Positions 40,553-56,877 of a stretch of 64,000 bases of DNA are shown one piece after another. How positions within the stretch are numbered: position 1 is the first letter of the stretch; every line of letters begins with the position of its first letter. The DNA is from Proteromonas lacertae (lineage: Eukaryota), in NCBI GenBank assembly GCA_002245135.1, contig NGBS01000325.1, positions 1-64,000 on the forward strand, read 5' to 3'. A program made the translations under genes and the position numbers. The notes beneath the pieces were generated by a model. The model was not told the DNA's origin. It saw only the letters and a list, made by a program, of their open reading frames with translations, and made no database searches.

Positions 40553-40664
40553 ATAAAATGAGAATTGTGTGAGAGGGTTTTATAACTTTATACTTTTATT
40601 ATTATGAATATATTTATTTGATAATAAAATAAATATAATAAATGGAGATGAATAGAAATTATTA

Positions 40665-42424
40665 TTATTTTAATGAAAATGAAAGACTTCGAGGTTCAAA
40701 GTCGCCAGTTAGTATCTAGGAATCGAATTTTCACATCAATAATAGCCATTAGAATTGATTGATAATGTAATATTCTCTTTTACTTCACCTTTTGGTTTAG
40801 GTTTTATATGATATATCTTACACTATAAAGTACTCTATTACGAGAAGCAACTGGATCTTCACCTTCATAGAAATTGTAAGATAAGTTATTTTTGATAATC
40901 TACTGCTGTCCAATACTGTTCAGTATTTGTTGCTGGAATTGCCATTCCTTTTTCTAATATAATGGAATAAATCATCCATTGTAAGGTTTGTTACCTAAGA
41001 CTGTGATTTAGAATATCTTCAACTACTATTTTTCTTCCAGCACTTGGTTTGATTGGAACTTTAAATCCATTTGAATTAGGAACTACTACTTTTTTACCAC
41101 TTCCTGAACTATTTGGAACAATCACTTTTCGACCACTTTTACCGGTAATTATTCCACCTCCACTTGAAACATTCTCTTCAATTATATGATCATTTGGATT
41201 TAATACTTCACCAGTTTTTATATCTTTTAAAACTATCTTTCCATCACTTTCTCTCTCTTCACGAACTCCTTTCAAGATATCTTCAGCTAAGATGGCAGCT
41301 CCCATTGCTACAGCTTCATCAGGATTTATATCTTTATTAGCTGGCTTTCCAAAGAATGTTCGAAGTAACTCTTGAACTCGAGGAATTTTACTACTTCCAC
41401 CTATTAATACTACATCATTTATATCAGTTTTACTTAAGCCACTATCTTTTAATACATTTTGAACAATTGTTATTGGTCTTTTGGAATAAATTTTCATTTA
41501 ATCGATTAAATAATGATCTAGTGAGAGCTTGTATCAATATCATTATCTTCTAATAGATCACAATCTACATCTGTTGATTCCATCACACTTAACTGGATTT
41601 TAGCTTCTTCTATTGCTTTTCTTAAACTATAAATCTTTTTTGCATTCTTTTTTATTGATACACCACTTTCTTCTACTACTTTGTTTATATAGTAGTTCAA
41701 TAACACCTGATTTACATCTTCACCTCCTAAATGAGTATCTCCTCCTGTTGCTTTTACTCGAATCTTTTTATCATGAATTTCGATTATTGAAACATCAAAT
41801 GTTCCTCCTCCAAAATCATATACTAAGATTGTTCGATTCTTATTATCAACAAAGTATTTATATCCATAAGCAATTGCTGCTGCTGTTGGTTCATTCACGA
41901 TTTGTAATACATTCATTCCAGCTAATTCACCAGCTTGAATTGTAGCTCTTCGTTGAGCATTATCAAAATAAGCAGGAACAGTTATTACTGCATGTCTTGT
42001 TGTCTTATCATCAATTTTATATTTTTCACTCACCAATTTACCCAAATAACCTAATACATGACTTGAAATCTCTTGAGGAGTGGCTTGATATTTACTTCCT
42101 TTATATGTCACATTTATCAAACAGCTACCATCTTTATCTTCAACCACTTCAAAACCCCAATGTTTCTTATCATCTTGAACTCCTTTTTCACTGAATTTAT
42201 GACCAATCATTCTTTTAGCATCATAAACAGTGTTTTCAATGTTACTAGATGTTTGATTTTTAGCTGCTTCACCAACCAATATTTTATCAGCTAAGAAATG
42301 CCACATATGAAGGAGATGTTCGTTTTCCCATTTCATTGGGTATAGCATCACTTTTACCATCACGACTAGTAGCAACGCATGAAAAAGTAGTTCCTAAATC
42401 GATACCGAATGTAAATAATGACAT
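40665..42424 (-). CDS. HSP70: Atypical intronless Hsp70, copy 2
   Basis: Inverted near-identical copy of 34800-36555 with a diverged SBD; several indels. Confidence 0.82.
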
Positions 42425-42713
42425 TTTTAATTCTCAACTGTATTTTGATGTATTTACAGTAGAATTTACAGTGTATTAATTGTATTAACGTACAAGGTAG
42501 AGTATAGAATGAATATTAGTTGATTACGTTATGAATAGATAATATGCGACAATTTGTGGATGTTAATATCTTTTAAAAGAAAAGATATTGATGTTTTCTA
42601 TAAAATATATAAAAATTATTTAAAAATATTAATTCAAGTGTTTAACCATTAATATTATATGTTAAAAATAATTTAGAAGTTCTATATAAATGAGATAAAA
42701 AAAGAAAAACATT

Positions 42714-42795
42714 CGACAACGATGAGATTCGAACTCACGCGGGAAAATCCCAATGACTTAGCAGGCCATCGCCTTAACCACTCGGCCACGTTGTC
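42714..42795 (-). tRNA. tRNA-Ser (GCT)
   Basis: Exact reverse complement of 34432-34513. Confidence 0.95.
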
Positions 42796-42950
42796 TTACC
42801 TAAATTTCTGAAGAAAGTTTACATAAACAATGAGTAATTTTAAATTTAATTATATTGCTAAAGAGAAGTATAATCTAACAAACAAACATTAAAAAATAAA
42901 ATTCAACAGTATATATATCCATTATCAACATAATATTTCATTTTTATTTA

Positions 42951-44063
<1,113 letters not shown>

Positions 44064-44291
44064 TGTGAGTGAATAAAGAAAGATATTAAAATGACGATTC
44101 AGAAAATTCCTAGAAGATTCCTTAAAATTAAAAACACAATCCTAAAGCTGTTATGATTACTATCATATGAAGTATATTTTACATTCATTGTACATCATTT
44201 TTAATAAATCAAAAACAAAAGTGAGATATCTTAATCACATATTTATATAAACCAAATATACTTATTTGTAATATACAAAAACTATTCTAAG

Positions 44292-44663
44292 CTAATCAAA
44301 TCCACTACTAGAATCAGAGATAGAAACATTGAAATCATCTTCATCATCATCTGTAAGATGAACATCTGATGTTGATAATTCTAAAAATAAGTTATAACTA
44401 TTAATAATATATTCATACCTATATTTCCATTGACAAATCTCAAACCAGTTCCTCCAATTATTTTGTTAGTTTTACATTGTATTGAATACTATATTAAAAC
44501 ATATTTTTACATAATATATACTTTTGATTTAGCTAATTCTTCTAATTGATTAATTCTCTTTTCATCGGAAATATAAGTGGGTGTAATCCACTCTATATAT
44601 GTACATAAATGGAATACTATCAGAAATCAGGTCTGGTTCTATCGTAGGCAAGAGAAAATTCAT
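44292..44663 (-). CDS. Small acidic-tailed protein, weak APC15-like resemblance
   Basis: MNFLLPTIEPDL...ISDEKRINQLEELAKSK|...DDDEDDFNVSISDSSSGFD* with short introns; divergent from the VPS9 gene. Confidence 0.4.
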
Positions 44664-44722
44664 AAACAGTTAAAATATAGTTTGATATATCAAGCTTGTG
44701 TTTTATTTGTTTTGTATTTCTA

Positions 44723-46176
44723 ATGGATCCCTTTTCAGTCTTCGACCCGTTTACGCCTGCAGTGCCTACTCCAACACCATTAGCTCCGCAATCTGAAGGA
44801 TATCCTGATGTTTCAGGTCTATTTGGCTCAGATGCTACCCAACAGAATTCTACCAATGAATCATCAACAAATCAAAATTTCATGTCAGAAAATGAGCTAT
44901 TTGACATTCTTGGAACAGATAATAAGTCAAAAGAAAATGATGATTCTAAAATGACTCCTACAACCAACAACAAAATAAATGCTATGTCAGTAGAAGATTC
45001 GGTTGAAGATCACCAAAAGAAAGAGCCAGAAAAACAAAAAACAATTGTTGAGAGATTCCAAGAGATTATGGAGCCAGATGAAACAGAAATCAAAGCCCAA
45101 GAATTATTTAATGTATAATATTTTCATATATTCACTTTTAATGTAATTTAGACTGTTGAAACTCACATTACAGCACTTAAATCTCATTATGAAGAATTAA
45201 AGTCATGTTTACAAACAATGCAGGATATATTATATCCACCTGAAGAGTCATTTGAAGCAAAATTCAAGAAAACTCACAAAAAGAACAATCAACAAGAGAA
45301 TGTAGTTCATCAAAAGTTTAAATCACTTTTTGGAAGAAGTAATGAATTAGAATCAGCAGAACAACAACAACATAAACAGTATAATATATACTATAAAAAT
45401 TAATTTTTACATGTGTATAGAAAAGGAGCAGGAAGTACAATAAAAGAGAAGCAACATGAAGCATTAGATAAAGCATACACTGATTTCTTAAAAACTCACG
45501 ATTTGTTAGGGAAATCAGTTGATGCATCAAAAGATGCGTATATAAATATAATATCATTATTTATGTATTTATATATAGAAAAGAAGAATTACAAAAATAT
45601 TTAAATTTATGCCAAAAAAATAAACAGATTAGTATCTTATATCAAAATGATGATGGTGAGATGAGTTTATCTCGAGCCGAGCAAAGGAAAGAGTGGTTTA
45701 GTGAATTTAAAGATAGAATGACGAAAACAGAAGCAGGGTATATATACTTGTTATTTTTAATTTATATATAAATAGTCCTTTGAATGTGATTTACAATAAT
45801 TTCATCAGTTCAACTCAAGAAAAAATTGATGCTTATAAAAAAGAAAAAGCTAATATTGAAGAAAGAAGAAAACTGCGAAGAGAAGGTAAATTAAAGCCAA
45901 CAACTCCACCACAAGCTGCTTATAAACTAGCAAGTGGAATAAAAATGCTAAAAGAAAAAGTAAAAGAAAGAGCATCTTCTTCAGCTAGAAACAGTGATTT
46001 AAATACTGATTTATTTGGATATATTAACACCAGAATTATCGAACCATAGTAATGGCAATAATAATAATGATGGTGTAGCTCCAATAACTCCAAATTCAAA
46101 TAATGATATAGATGAAGATGAACAAGATCAGAAGAGATTAGAACAATTAGAACAGGAATATATAGATGTATAAATG

Positions 46177-46207
<31 letters not shown>

Positions 46208-47058
46208 ATAGAATCCAATATATGACAGAATTCACAACTTTTTAGATGAATTTATGTGTCATGTTGAAGAGAATGCTGCTTGGAAAGGTGCATCAGATGA
46301 ATTACTTCAAGGAGCTCGAGATGCATTTGAAAAGATGATAATAATGAGATTCAGTAATGAAACAATATTAAGAATAAGAAATGAATTAAAAGAAGATGAT
46401 ACTTCATTATATAATCGAACTTGGGATTTAAGTGTATATATATATATATAATATAATATAATATTTAATAATTAGTTTATTACTCCTAAAGAATTAGATT
46501 TTGATAGTAATTATATAAAACCTGAAATGATGGAAATGGCTGTTCAAGAACTGAGAAGAATGGATTTACAACCATCTCCTTGTGAACAAGTATATATATA
46601 TATATATATATAATGATTATTATTTCTAATTCATTTTTATTAGATGGATTGTATCGTTGAAGCTAGTCGTATAGTTGGTACGATGATTTCATTAAATGAT
46701 AAAGATGCAAATGGTGCTGATGATTTCTTACCTGCTTTTATATTCACATTATTACATGCTAAATTAGGTCATGCTAAATCTACAATTGAATTTATTGAGA
46801 AGATAAGAGGTCCGAGTGCTTTAAGAGCTAAGTATAAATTAAATAATTATATTTAAAATATAGTGATGGATATTGTTTTACTACATTTTGTAGTGCAATT
46901 GCCTTCATTGAACAAGTTGATGCTTCTTTGCTTAGAATGGATGAAACTGTGTTTAATATGTATATGAATATTATATTTATTGTGTTTATAATAGTAAGAT
47001 TCAAGAAAGTAGAGAAAGATATTGTGATCATTACAATGATGTTAGTCTTAGAGATTAA
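44723..47058 (+). CDS. VPS9-domain Rab5 GEF
   Basis: AFEKMII, CIVEASRIV, GADDFLPAFIFTLL, YCFTTFCSAIAFIE; many introns. Confidence 0.88.
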
Positions 47059-47160
47059 TAAATTATTATATACTGTTTATTTTTTTTAAATATATGTGTT
47101 TTAGAATATATAAATAAAAATATTAAAATTAGAATATAAATTTATATAAGATTTATAGTA

Positions 47161-47847
47161 TTATGCGTTACGTTCTGCAGTCAATCTATGCTCATACATA
47201 TACAATGCTTTCTTTTTAATTAGACAGAATTGACATGTTTTTTTATATTCCCTTTTTTCTATATTGATCATATCGAATCTTACTTTGCGAAGCTTTCTGT
47301 TGCACCTACTACATGATCTACTGTTCTTAATATGTTTTGATGATTTCTCCCAATCGCTTAAATCTGTATTCTTATATCTAGATGCACATTTATCACATAA
47401 TTCTTTTCCATTATAAATCAAACAATCTTTTAATTCTATCACTTTTGAACATTCAGAACAAGCAACTAGTTTTGATGGATTTTCACCTTGATACTTCACT
47501 GATTTGCGACATCTTTTGTTATCTTGATTAGTTTGCCATATATCAGGATATTTTTCACTCATATCATTTTCATTTCTCTTCTGATACAAATATTTTTGTG
47601 GTTCATTATCAGCAGAAGGTCGAAATCTCTTTAATTTAAAAATAAGAGATAAATCACCATCATTATCTTCAAATTTATCATTTTCATCATATAATGGATG
47701 ATCAAAAGGATTACTTTTAGTAATCATTGGTGCAGGCAAATTATTTTCAAATATGTTAGCTGACTCAATGCCAATTATAGAATCCGTATTATATATTCCA
47801 GCAATAATATTATTATTACCATCACTGTCATACGATTGCGTAAACAT
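47161..47847 (-). CDS. Hypothetical zinc-finger protein
   Basis: Intronless ORF with four CxxC pairs (CSEC, CDKC, CSRC, CQFC). Confidence 0.6.
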   Translation of the reverse strand: MFTQSYDSDGNNNIIAGIYNTDSIIGIESANIFENNLPAPMITKSNPFDHPLYDENDKFEDNDGDLSLIFKLKRFRPSADNEPQKYLYQKRNENDMSEKYPDIWQTNQDNKRCRKSVKYQGENPSKLVACSECSKVIELKDCLIYNGKELCDKCASRYKNTDLSDWEKSSKHIKNSRSCSRCNRKLRKVRFDMINIEKREYKKTCQFCLIKKKALYMYEHRLTAERNA

Positions 47848-48231
47848 CCTTAATTTTTAAAGAATTATTACTTGTAATAAACTCGATTTTACAAGCCAAT
47901 TCCCAAATGTAAATTTTTTATATCACACCAACTATTGTGTTTAAACCTCAAAAATTAATTAATTACTAACATATTGTGATTATTTATGTAATAGAAATAT
48001 ATTTAGTAAATTAGAATTTTACACCACTCAAAACATACAAATTTTAATCAAATATATACTGTAACACATAATAAAAATGATACATATCAATGCAACCTAT
48101 TATTTTTGTAAAACTTAAAAATTAAATCTATATCCTTATTATTCCATACATTAAAGTATTTTTGCCATATTTATGCGTTTTTCAATTCAATTTTTATATC
48201 AAACAATCAAACAAAATATAATAAAAATTAA

Positions 48232-51200
48232 TTATCTAAAAAATCTGTTGAACATTTTGGTGAGTAAAATAGTTCTTTATTGTTTTCTTCAATTCATCAA
48301 CATCATCTATATAACAATAATAATTTCAATAATACATTTCAATTTTTCTAATGATTGACCTTTAAATGTATTTTGTTTAATACATGTTTCACCAACAACA
48401 ATACAATGATCAATTACATCAAAAGGAATATAAATTTCACCATTCTGTTTTGCCAATCTATCAATTATCCAATCATTCAATATTTCCAAGCTTTCAAACA
48501 GCATATTATGATTTAGAAAACTCAATATCAATGGAGTTAATGCATTTCCATTATTAGAATATAAAAATGAATCTATTAACCATTTAGGAATGAAATTATT
48601 GTCATTAAAAATTGTAGTAAGAGTTGTTTCATGTAAAGATATACTCTCACTTTCATTACAGGTCTATTTACAATAAAAACAATAATAATATACTTTTAAA
48701 TAATATTGTAATAAATATTCATAATATTTATTCTTTTTAATTCCATGACCTTCTACATTTTGAAATTGCCATCCTGGTAAAACTACATTATTATTATTAT
48801 TATCATTTAAATATTCTTTTGTTATATTTTCTACTAATGAAATCATTGAATTGTGGTAAACTTTACAGAATTTATTACACAATTCATAATCTTTTAAATT
48901 ATTATTATTATTTTGAGATGATGATAATAACAATTGTTGATATATTTCTAGTGGTTTTAAATGATAATAAGTTCCTGTTTTATGTAACTATGAAATATAA
49001 ATAATATATTTAAATAATACTAAGGATAATTGCATTTCAGAATAAACTAATCCTTTTTCAAGTATTTCTTCTGTTACTTTTGTATTATAATTTCCTGTAA
49101 TTGAAGCATCATAAATACATTCAAAATTCAACCCTTCAAAAGTAGTAACATTATCATTTTGTACAAGTTTAAGTGAATTTATACATAAATGAAATGAAGT
49201 AATTATATCATTCATTATTTCTTCTTTTATTTTCATATCAATATTGATATCTTGGTATAATCTAATTATATAAGAATAAATTATTCTTGCAGCTTTTATA
49301 TATTCCTGTTTCATATAATAATAACAATAGAATTGTTTATAATAGTTAGGTGAAGCTAAAGATAATGATGTTGAATGTGTATTTACTTCTTGTAAAGTAA
49401 CTGGATGGAATTGGCAAATACTATTACAGATACTATCATCAAAATGTAACTATATATAAATAATATATAAATAATATAAATACATCTTTATTGATTAACC
49501 ATTTAAATCCATCATTTTCACATAAAAATCTGAAAAATGTTTTCCAATATTTGTTATCATCATTATTATCTTCTAAAAATGGTAATTTCAAAAGACAAAT
49601 ATCAAAATTCTTTAGTTCCAAGTTACTTTGGAATATCTTTATATTGATATTGTTTATAAATATATCATCATAATTGTTTAATTGGCTAACTACATCCAGT
49701 AAAATGAAGCAATAATCAGATATTTGTTCTATTCATAATAATAACAATATATATATATATATATACGATTTGCACCACAATATTGATAATAGCCAATTAT
49801 CTTCATTATATAATCCACTTTTTCTTGTAACTATAATAAGAATAAATAAACATATAATAAATATATACATCAATGGGTATTATTTGATTAAACAATTCCA
49901 CAGATTTCCTAATATAACTATCAGCTTCTTCTTCTCTTTTGAATTGCTTTGCATCTGTTGCTTTAATGATATAATAATAACCTAAAACATCCAGCCATTT
50001 TCTTCGACTATCCATTGTATGATCAAGTCTATAATAATAATCAAAATATAAATATACTCATTATAAAGTGGATATTTTCTTTCTAATTCAGCTAATGGAT
50101 ATAAATATGACTTCATTATCTGATTTTTGTCATTATTAACGATATTTAGTAAAATCTAACATGAAATAGATATAATGTATATATACTTCATAATCATTAT
50201 TCATCAATACACTTTCAGTTAATAATAAAATAGCAGAAATGACATTCCATGAATAATCATTAGTCTAAATAATATAATGTAATATATATATATATATATA
50301 TATATACTATTGATCGATTGTAGAAATCATTATGTATTAGTTGAGTATAAACGTATGGCAATACTGTAGTAATGTTCTTTATAGTAACTACATCATCATC
50401 TTCATTGTATAATAAATCACAACCGCATAATAAACATAAACGATATAATTTCTATTAATAAAACATATATATATATCTAATAATTATACAATTGTCATAG
50501 TTTGTAGACTTGGTATAATAATGGAATATAAATCATCATAATTCTAAATAAAATAAAAACTTGAAAATATATATAATATACTTCAATTTGTTGAGATGGT
50601 ATTCTTTTGATGATATAATAAACCAAAGTGCCAAATGAAATAATGAAATTAAATCGATATAAAATCTCATCTCTCAAAGCATTCACAATTAAAACACTAT
50701 TTTGACAAAAGACTATACAAAATAAATATAGTAAATAAATTATACAATTATTAACAAGCATTTCACCTTTAATTATTTGGTTCTCATCTCTTACATCATT
50801 TTCATTACATAAATCATATTGTTGTATAAATTCTTTAAGAAATTGAGTCATTTCATTGATAAGATTGAGAGTATTAGTTAATTTAGACTGTAATTCTTTT
50901 TCATCTAAAGACAAACACTTTTCTGATAAAATATAATTCACATTTTTATCAAATAATTCACTCAATGTAATAGAATCAGTAACAGGAGCAGCAGAAGAAT
51001 AAAATGAATCTAAAAATAAATATGTCAAATGAGATTGTTCCATTATATTACCAATGTAATTAATAATATTTAACAAATCTTTCTGAGATTCAGAAATTGT
51101 AAAACCTAATTGATATTGCGTAATATTTCCACTGTTATATAAATAAGATATAAATCCATTATGAATAATGATTACATCAGAATTATTGCCGTTTATTGTA

Positions 51201-52599
51201 CCAAATCCAATACATTGGAATATATCTTCTTCTTCTTCTTCTTCATTGATATAAAATTCATTTAATTTGGTGAGTAAACCAAATGGTGATTTTGTATTAC
51301 ATTCTTTATCTAAATATATATCACTTAATAGACTCTATTCAATATAAAATAATAATAATAAAATAATATACAATTTCATAATGAATATTCTTTGAAGAAT
51401 CAAAACATGTTAAACAATCACTACTTCTCTCACTATCTCTAAAATTCCATAAAATATATAAATTATGATCGTTTTGATTGTATATATAATTATTTAAAGT
51501 ATAGATATTATTATGAATAACTTCATTATCTTTTTCTTCAATTTCCATTTCATTTGAATTTGTATTTTCTGTTGCGTTGGTCTTTATAACTTTGTCTATT
51601 GCATTCATGAATGAGATTTGACATATGTAATTATCTAATTTCATTTGTAATATATACAATCTATTTGATAAATAAATATAATATAATATACATTCTTTGA
51701 TTCTTTTCATTGGTTGTTATAATTATCATTTCATATTCATTTCTATTGGGTAATTCAAATACACTAATTCTAGTAAATGAATTAATAAATGAATTATTAT
51801 AAAATGAATTTAACACTTTGTCATTGAATATTCTCTTCTTTGTAGTTGTATTATATACTTCTATACTTCCATTTGACATTAATATAATAATGAAATTATT
51901 TATATTCTTAAATGTCACTATATGAACCTCTTTATTTTCATCTCCAAAGATGGCATTGTATATAAATGAATGAGTTTCAGTTGAAAATGTATTTACATGT
52001 ATTTGATTGTCTTTTGTAATTTCTATTGATAATACATCACCTGATTGTTGACGTGTAACGGTAAAATGAAAAGGATCGATCCATTCAGCCAATAGAAAAT
52101 CATTTAAATCAGTTGAACCATAAATATCACATAATTCATTGCTTTTAGTGAGTTTGAAGAATGGATATTTCGACTGAAAATTGCCAATATCGAATACATA
52201 CCTTAACACATTACAATTGATTAGAATTATTGATAAAATGACTTTATTTCCTTCTCTGTAGAAATTCAATCCACCATGAAGAATATTCACATAAAAATCA
52301 ATTTTGAATTTGTTTTGAATTAATTCGTGGGAGTATGATTGTTCTAAAACTGTCAAAGTATAACCATTAATAGTCCAAATAAGCACTCTCGATGATAAAG
52401 GGTTTGATTCATTGATTATTTCAAATGAAGATCCTTCTGTCGCTATAAATGAATTAATATTCTAAGGAATACAGTATGGTTGATGAAAACAAAGAGATTC
52501 CAATGATTCAATTTGCTCTACTTGCGGTACTCTTTCATATACAACATCTTCAAATTCATGACAATCAATAAATGGAACTTCTCGATGATAATTATTCAT
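48232..52599 (-). CDS. NUP160: Nucleoporin Nup160-like
   Basis: REVPF, RVLIWTINGYTLTVLEQSY, NYYKQFYCYYMKQEYIKAARIIYSY, IYIPFDVID match Nup160 N- and C-terminal signatures; long multi-intron gene. Confidence 0.7.
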
Positions 52600-52642
52600 T
52601 TTAAAAATGAATTTGACTTGACTTGACTCGAGGTTTGTCATC

Positions 52643-54125
52643 ATGAAATTTTGTTCCATCGTTTTTCTCAGCTTGCTATTGTTGTATATACCAATTTTAT
52701 TCTTTTTTGTTACTTACCCCATTTATATTTCCCATATCTATAATTTATAGAGCTCAACTATCATCCTGTTCTGAATTTGCCACTTTAGGTAAAGTTATAA
52801 CATTAGATAATAGTAATTTTACAGAGATTGTTGATAAAGAAGGTATAATCGTAGTAAATTTATTGTATAGAAATGATTTTTGTGGAGTTTTATCAAGATG
52901 GTTGTGGAGCATGCAAAAAAGTTGCACCAACATGGCAAAAACTTCCAACTGATTTGAAAGAACAAGGAATAAATGTTGCAATAGCACAAGTATATAATAA
53001 TCTCTTTTCTAACTCCAATAATAATAGGTAAACGGTCCATTAAGTCCAGAATTAATGTCATCCTACGGAGTAGCAAGTACACCAACATTCATATTATTCA
53101 AAGGAGTATAAATTCCCAAAATTCATATAAATTATAGAATCACACAATGCCAGAATATTACCAAGGTGCTCGTCATAAAGAAGCGTTTATTTACATGATC
53201 AAGAAATCCTTAGGAATGAAAGAACTCGGTTCACCAGCAGTTCAAATCGATGATGAGAGTGAATTATTCAAATATATATTCTGGAGAGGAAATGCCAATA
53301 ATAAAATGGAACCTGTATTAGTAGGATTTTTCCCATCAGTATAAATACCTTTATATTATTTTATATTAAAAATAGAAAGATATTCCAGAATATCAAGTTT
53401 TTCTCAAAGTTGTACTTGATTTTATTGATTTTACCAGAGTTGTTGAAACTTCTACGAAATTTGCTGAAACTTTTGCAGTTCCAACTGATAAACCATCCTT
53501 AATATTATACAGAGATTTTGATGAAGGTAAAACAGTTTATGATGGTGAATGGGAAGTAGAAGAAATAAAGAAAACAATGAAAGAATTATTAATTCCAATG
53601 GTTTATAAAGTTGATCATGATAATTTAAGATCGTATTTTTATATATAATTATTTTCTATATATATAGTGTATCAAATGATTTAAAAGATGGATTTCTAGT
53701 GCATGTATTTGTAAGTGAACAAGTATATACTGATGATTATGCTGATATTAAGGATGAATTATATGAAAAAGTAATCATGCCAAGAATAGAAAGTGGTAGT
53801 TTAAAAAGAGGTAATTTCACTATTGGTATTACAAACGGTGAGAAGTATAAGGGATGGTTGAAATTGTTTAAATTAGAGAATAATACTTTACCAGCTGCTG
53901 CTGCTTATTTCCCAGTATATAATTTTATATTTACGTTATTGTTAATAGAAAACTGATGCAAAATATCCATATGGTTCATTTTTATTCAAAGATAAATATC
54001 TTGAAACCGGTGATTTGATTGATAAATTAAAATTGAATATGTTGAAGGTTATTAGTGACAAAGAAATGACAGAAGGAGAGAAAATATTAAACATGATAAA
54101 CAAAGATAAAGAGACTGAATTATAA
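52643..54125 (+). CDS. Protein disulfide isomerase-like thioredoxin protein
   Basis: Signal peptide, VITLDNSNF, FVEFYQDGCGACKK, C-terminal KETEL ER-retention-like signal. Confidence 0.85.
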
Positions 54126-54267
54126 AAAGATTTTAAATTCGTTTTAAATATATTGTGGTTGTTATTTTTCCATACCAACAATGTTTGAAATGATTAGAAA
54201 GTTGTTTAAAAATCAATTAAAATCTATATTGAATAGCCAATTATTTTACTTCTTTTTTAAAAGTCAG

Positions 54268-54896
54268 ATGTCGTTGTCTATCACTCAAACTATAAGGTTT
54301 CCTCGACCATTAAGTCCGAGATTTTCACCTATAAGATCACCTTTAGAAACTACTCAAAAGATTGCCGTATTCTAGAGAATGATTTTATGAAATTAGGTTT
54401 GTGGTCAGAATGAAGACTACACAACATCAGTAATGAGTATAGCTGAAAAAAATCAAATCAAGGCAATCAATTTCTATGTATTTTTCTTCACAGTGATAAA
54501 TATCTAGTACTCTTATGAAGACAATCACAACAGTTTTGGATATAGATGATGTAGACACAGTTCTTTGTGTATTGGATCCAAAATTGAAAACTTGTAACAG
54601 ATATTTATACCAATTTCTCAAACAATGTCAGAAATGTGATTATGATGGTAGTATAATACTTTTAGTCACAGGTATAAGCGTTGATTAAATATAATGTAGA
54701 TGAAATACCACCTAAACTCTACAGCACATTACAGAAAACACATATGATGGAATTTGATTCAATTCAGGTGTATAAAATCAACCTAGAAAATAAGAAAGAA
54801 ACAGCTACAGTGTTAAGAAAAGTATTAAAGAATCCTGTTTCAACACCAACAACAGTAGAATTTAATTTACTTTCTGTTAAAGTGTTTAGTATGTAG
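54268..54896 (+). CDS. Hypothetical protein
   Basis: MSLSITQTIRFPRPLSPRFSP... with GT-AG introns, ending KVFSM*. Confidence 0.5.
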
Positions 54897-55163
54897 ATCG
54901 GATAAATGTATATAGAAATTGTAGAGAAAGATAATTTTATGATTGTTTTTATTTTTTATTGTTTATCTTGTCTTTTGTGAGATGAATGATCTGTCGATTA
55001 TCAGCAGAATATAGATATTGTTGCATATAATGCTGATAAATTGCATTCTAAAATGTTTTACAAGCGATAATCTGAATCGTATACAATGGTTCTTTAATAA
55101 AGAGTATGTGGTTTTTAACCAATCATTCTTCATCAAAAATATTAATATTTTGATTAATACATT

Positions 55164-56676
<1,513 letters not shown>

Positions 56677-56877
56677 ACATTAAATACAAGGATTAGACTG
56701 ACCTATAAATTGTTTGTTTGGGAAATAATAATCATATTACACGAAAGTGACTCAGAAGAATAGAATTTAATAAAACTATAGAAAAACAATAGAAAGATAT
56801 AATTTCTATTTTGAATAAAACTTCATAATCACTTTTCGTTGTAATAACAATCTCTGTTTGTCGTATCATTAAAGTAA

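Noticed and set aside
34914..42294. Short antisense ORFs over the Hsp70 and protease genes (e.g. 34914-35150, 41613-41945)
   Set aside because: Shadow ORFs of the real genes, duplicated only because the region is repeated; no motifs of their own.
46169..46212. (TA)n tracts here and elsewhere as a repeat array or CRISPR-like feature
   Set aside because: They are microsatellite expansions inside short GT-AG introns, with no repeat-spacer structure.
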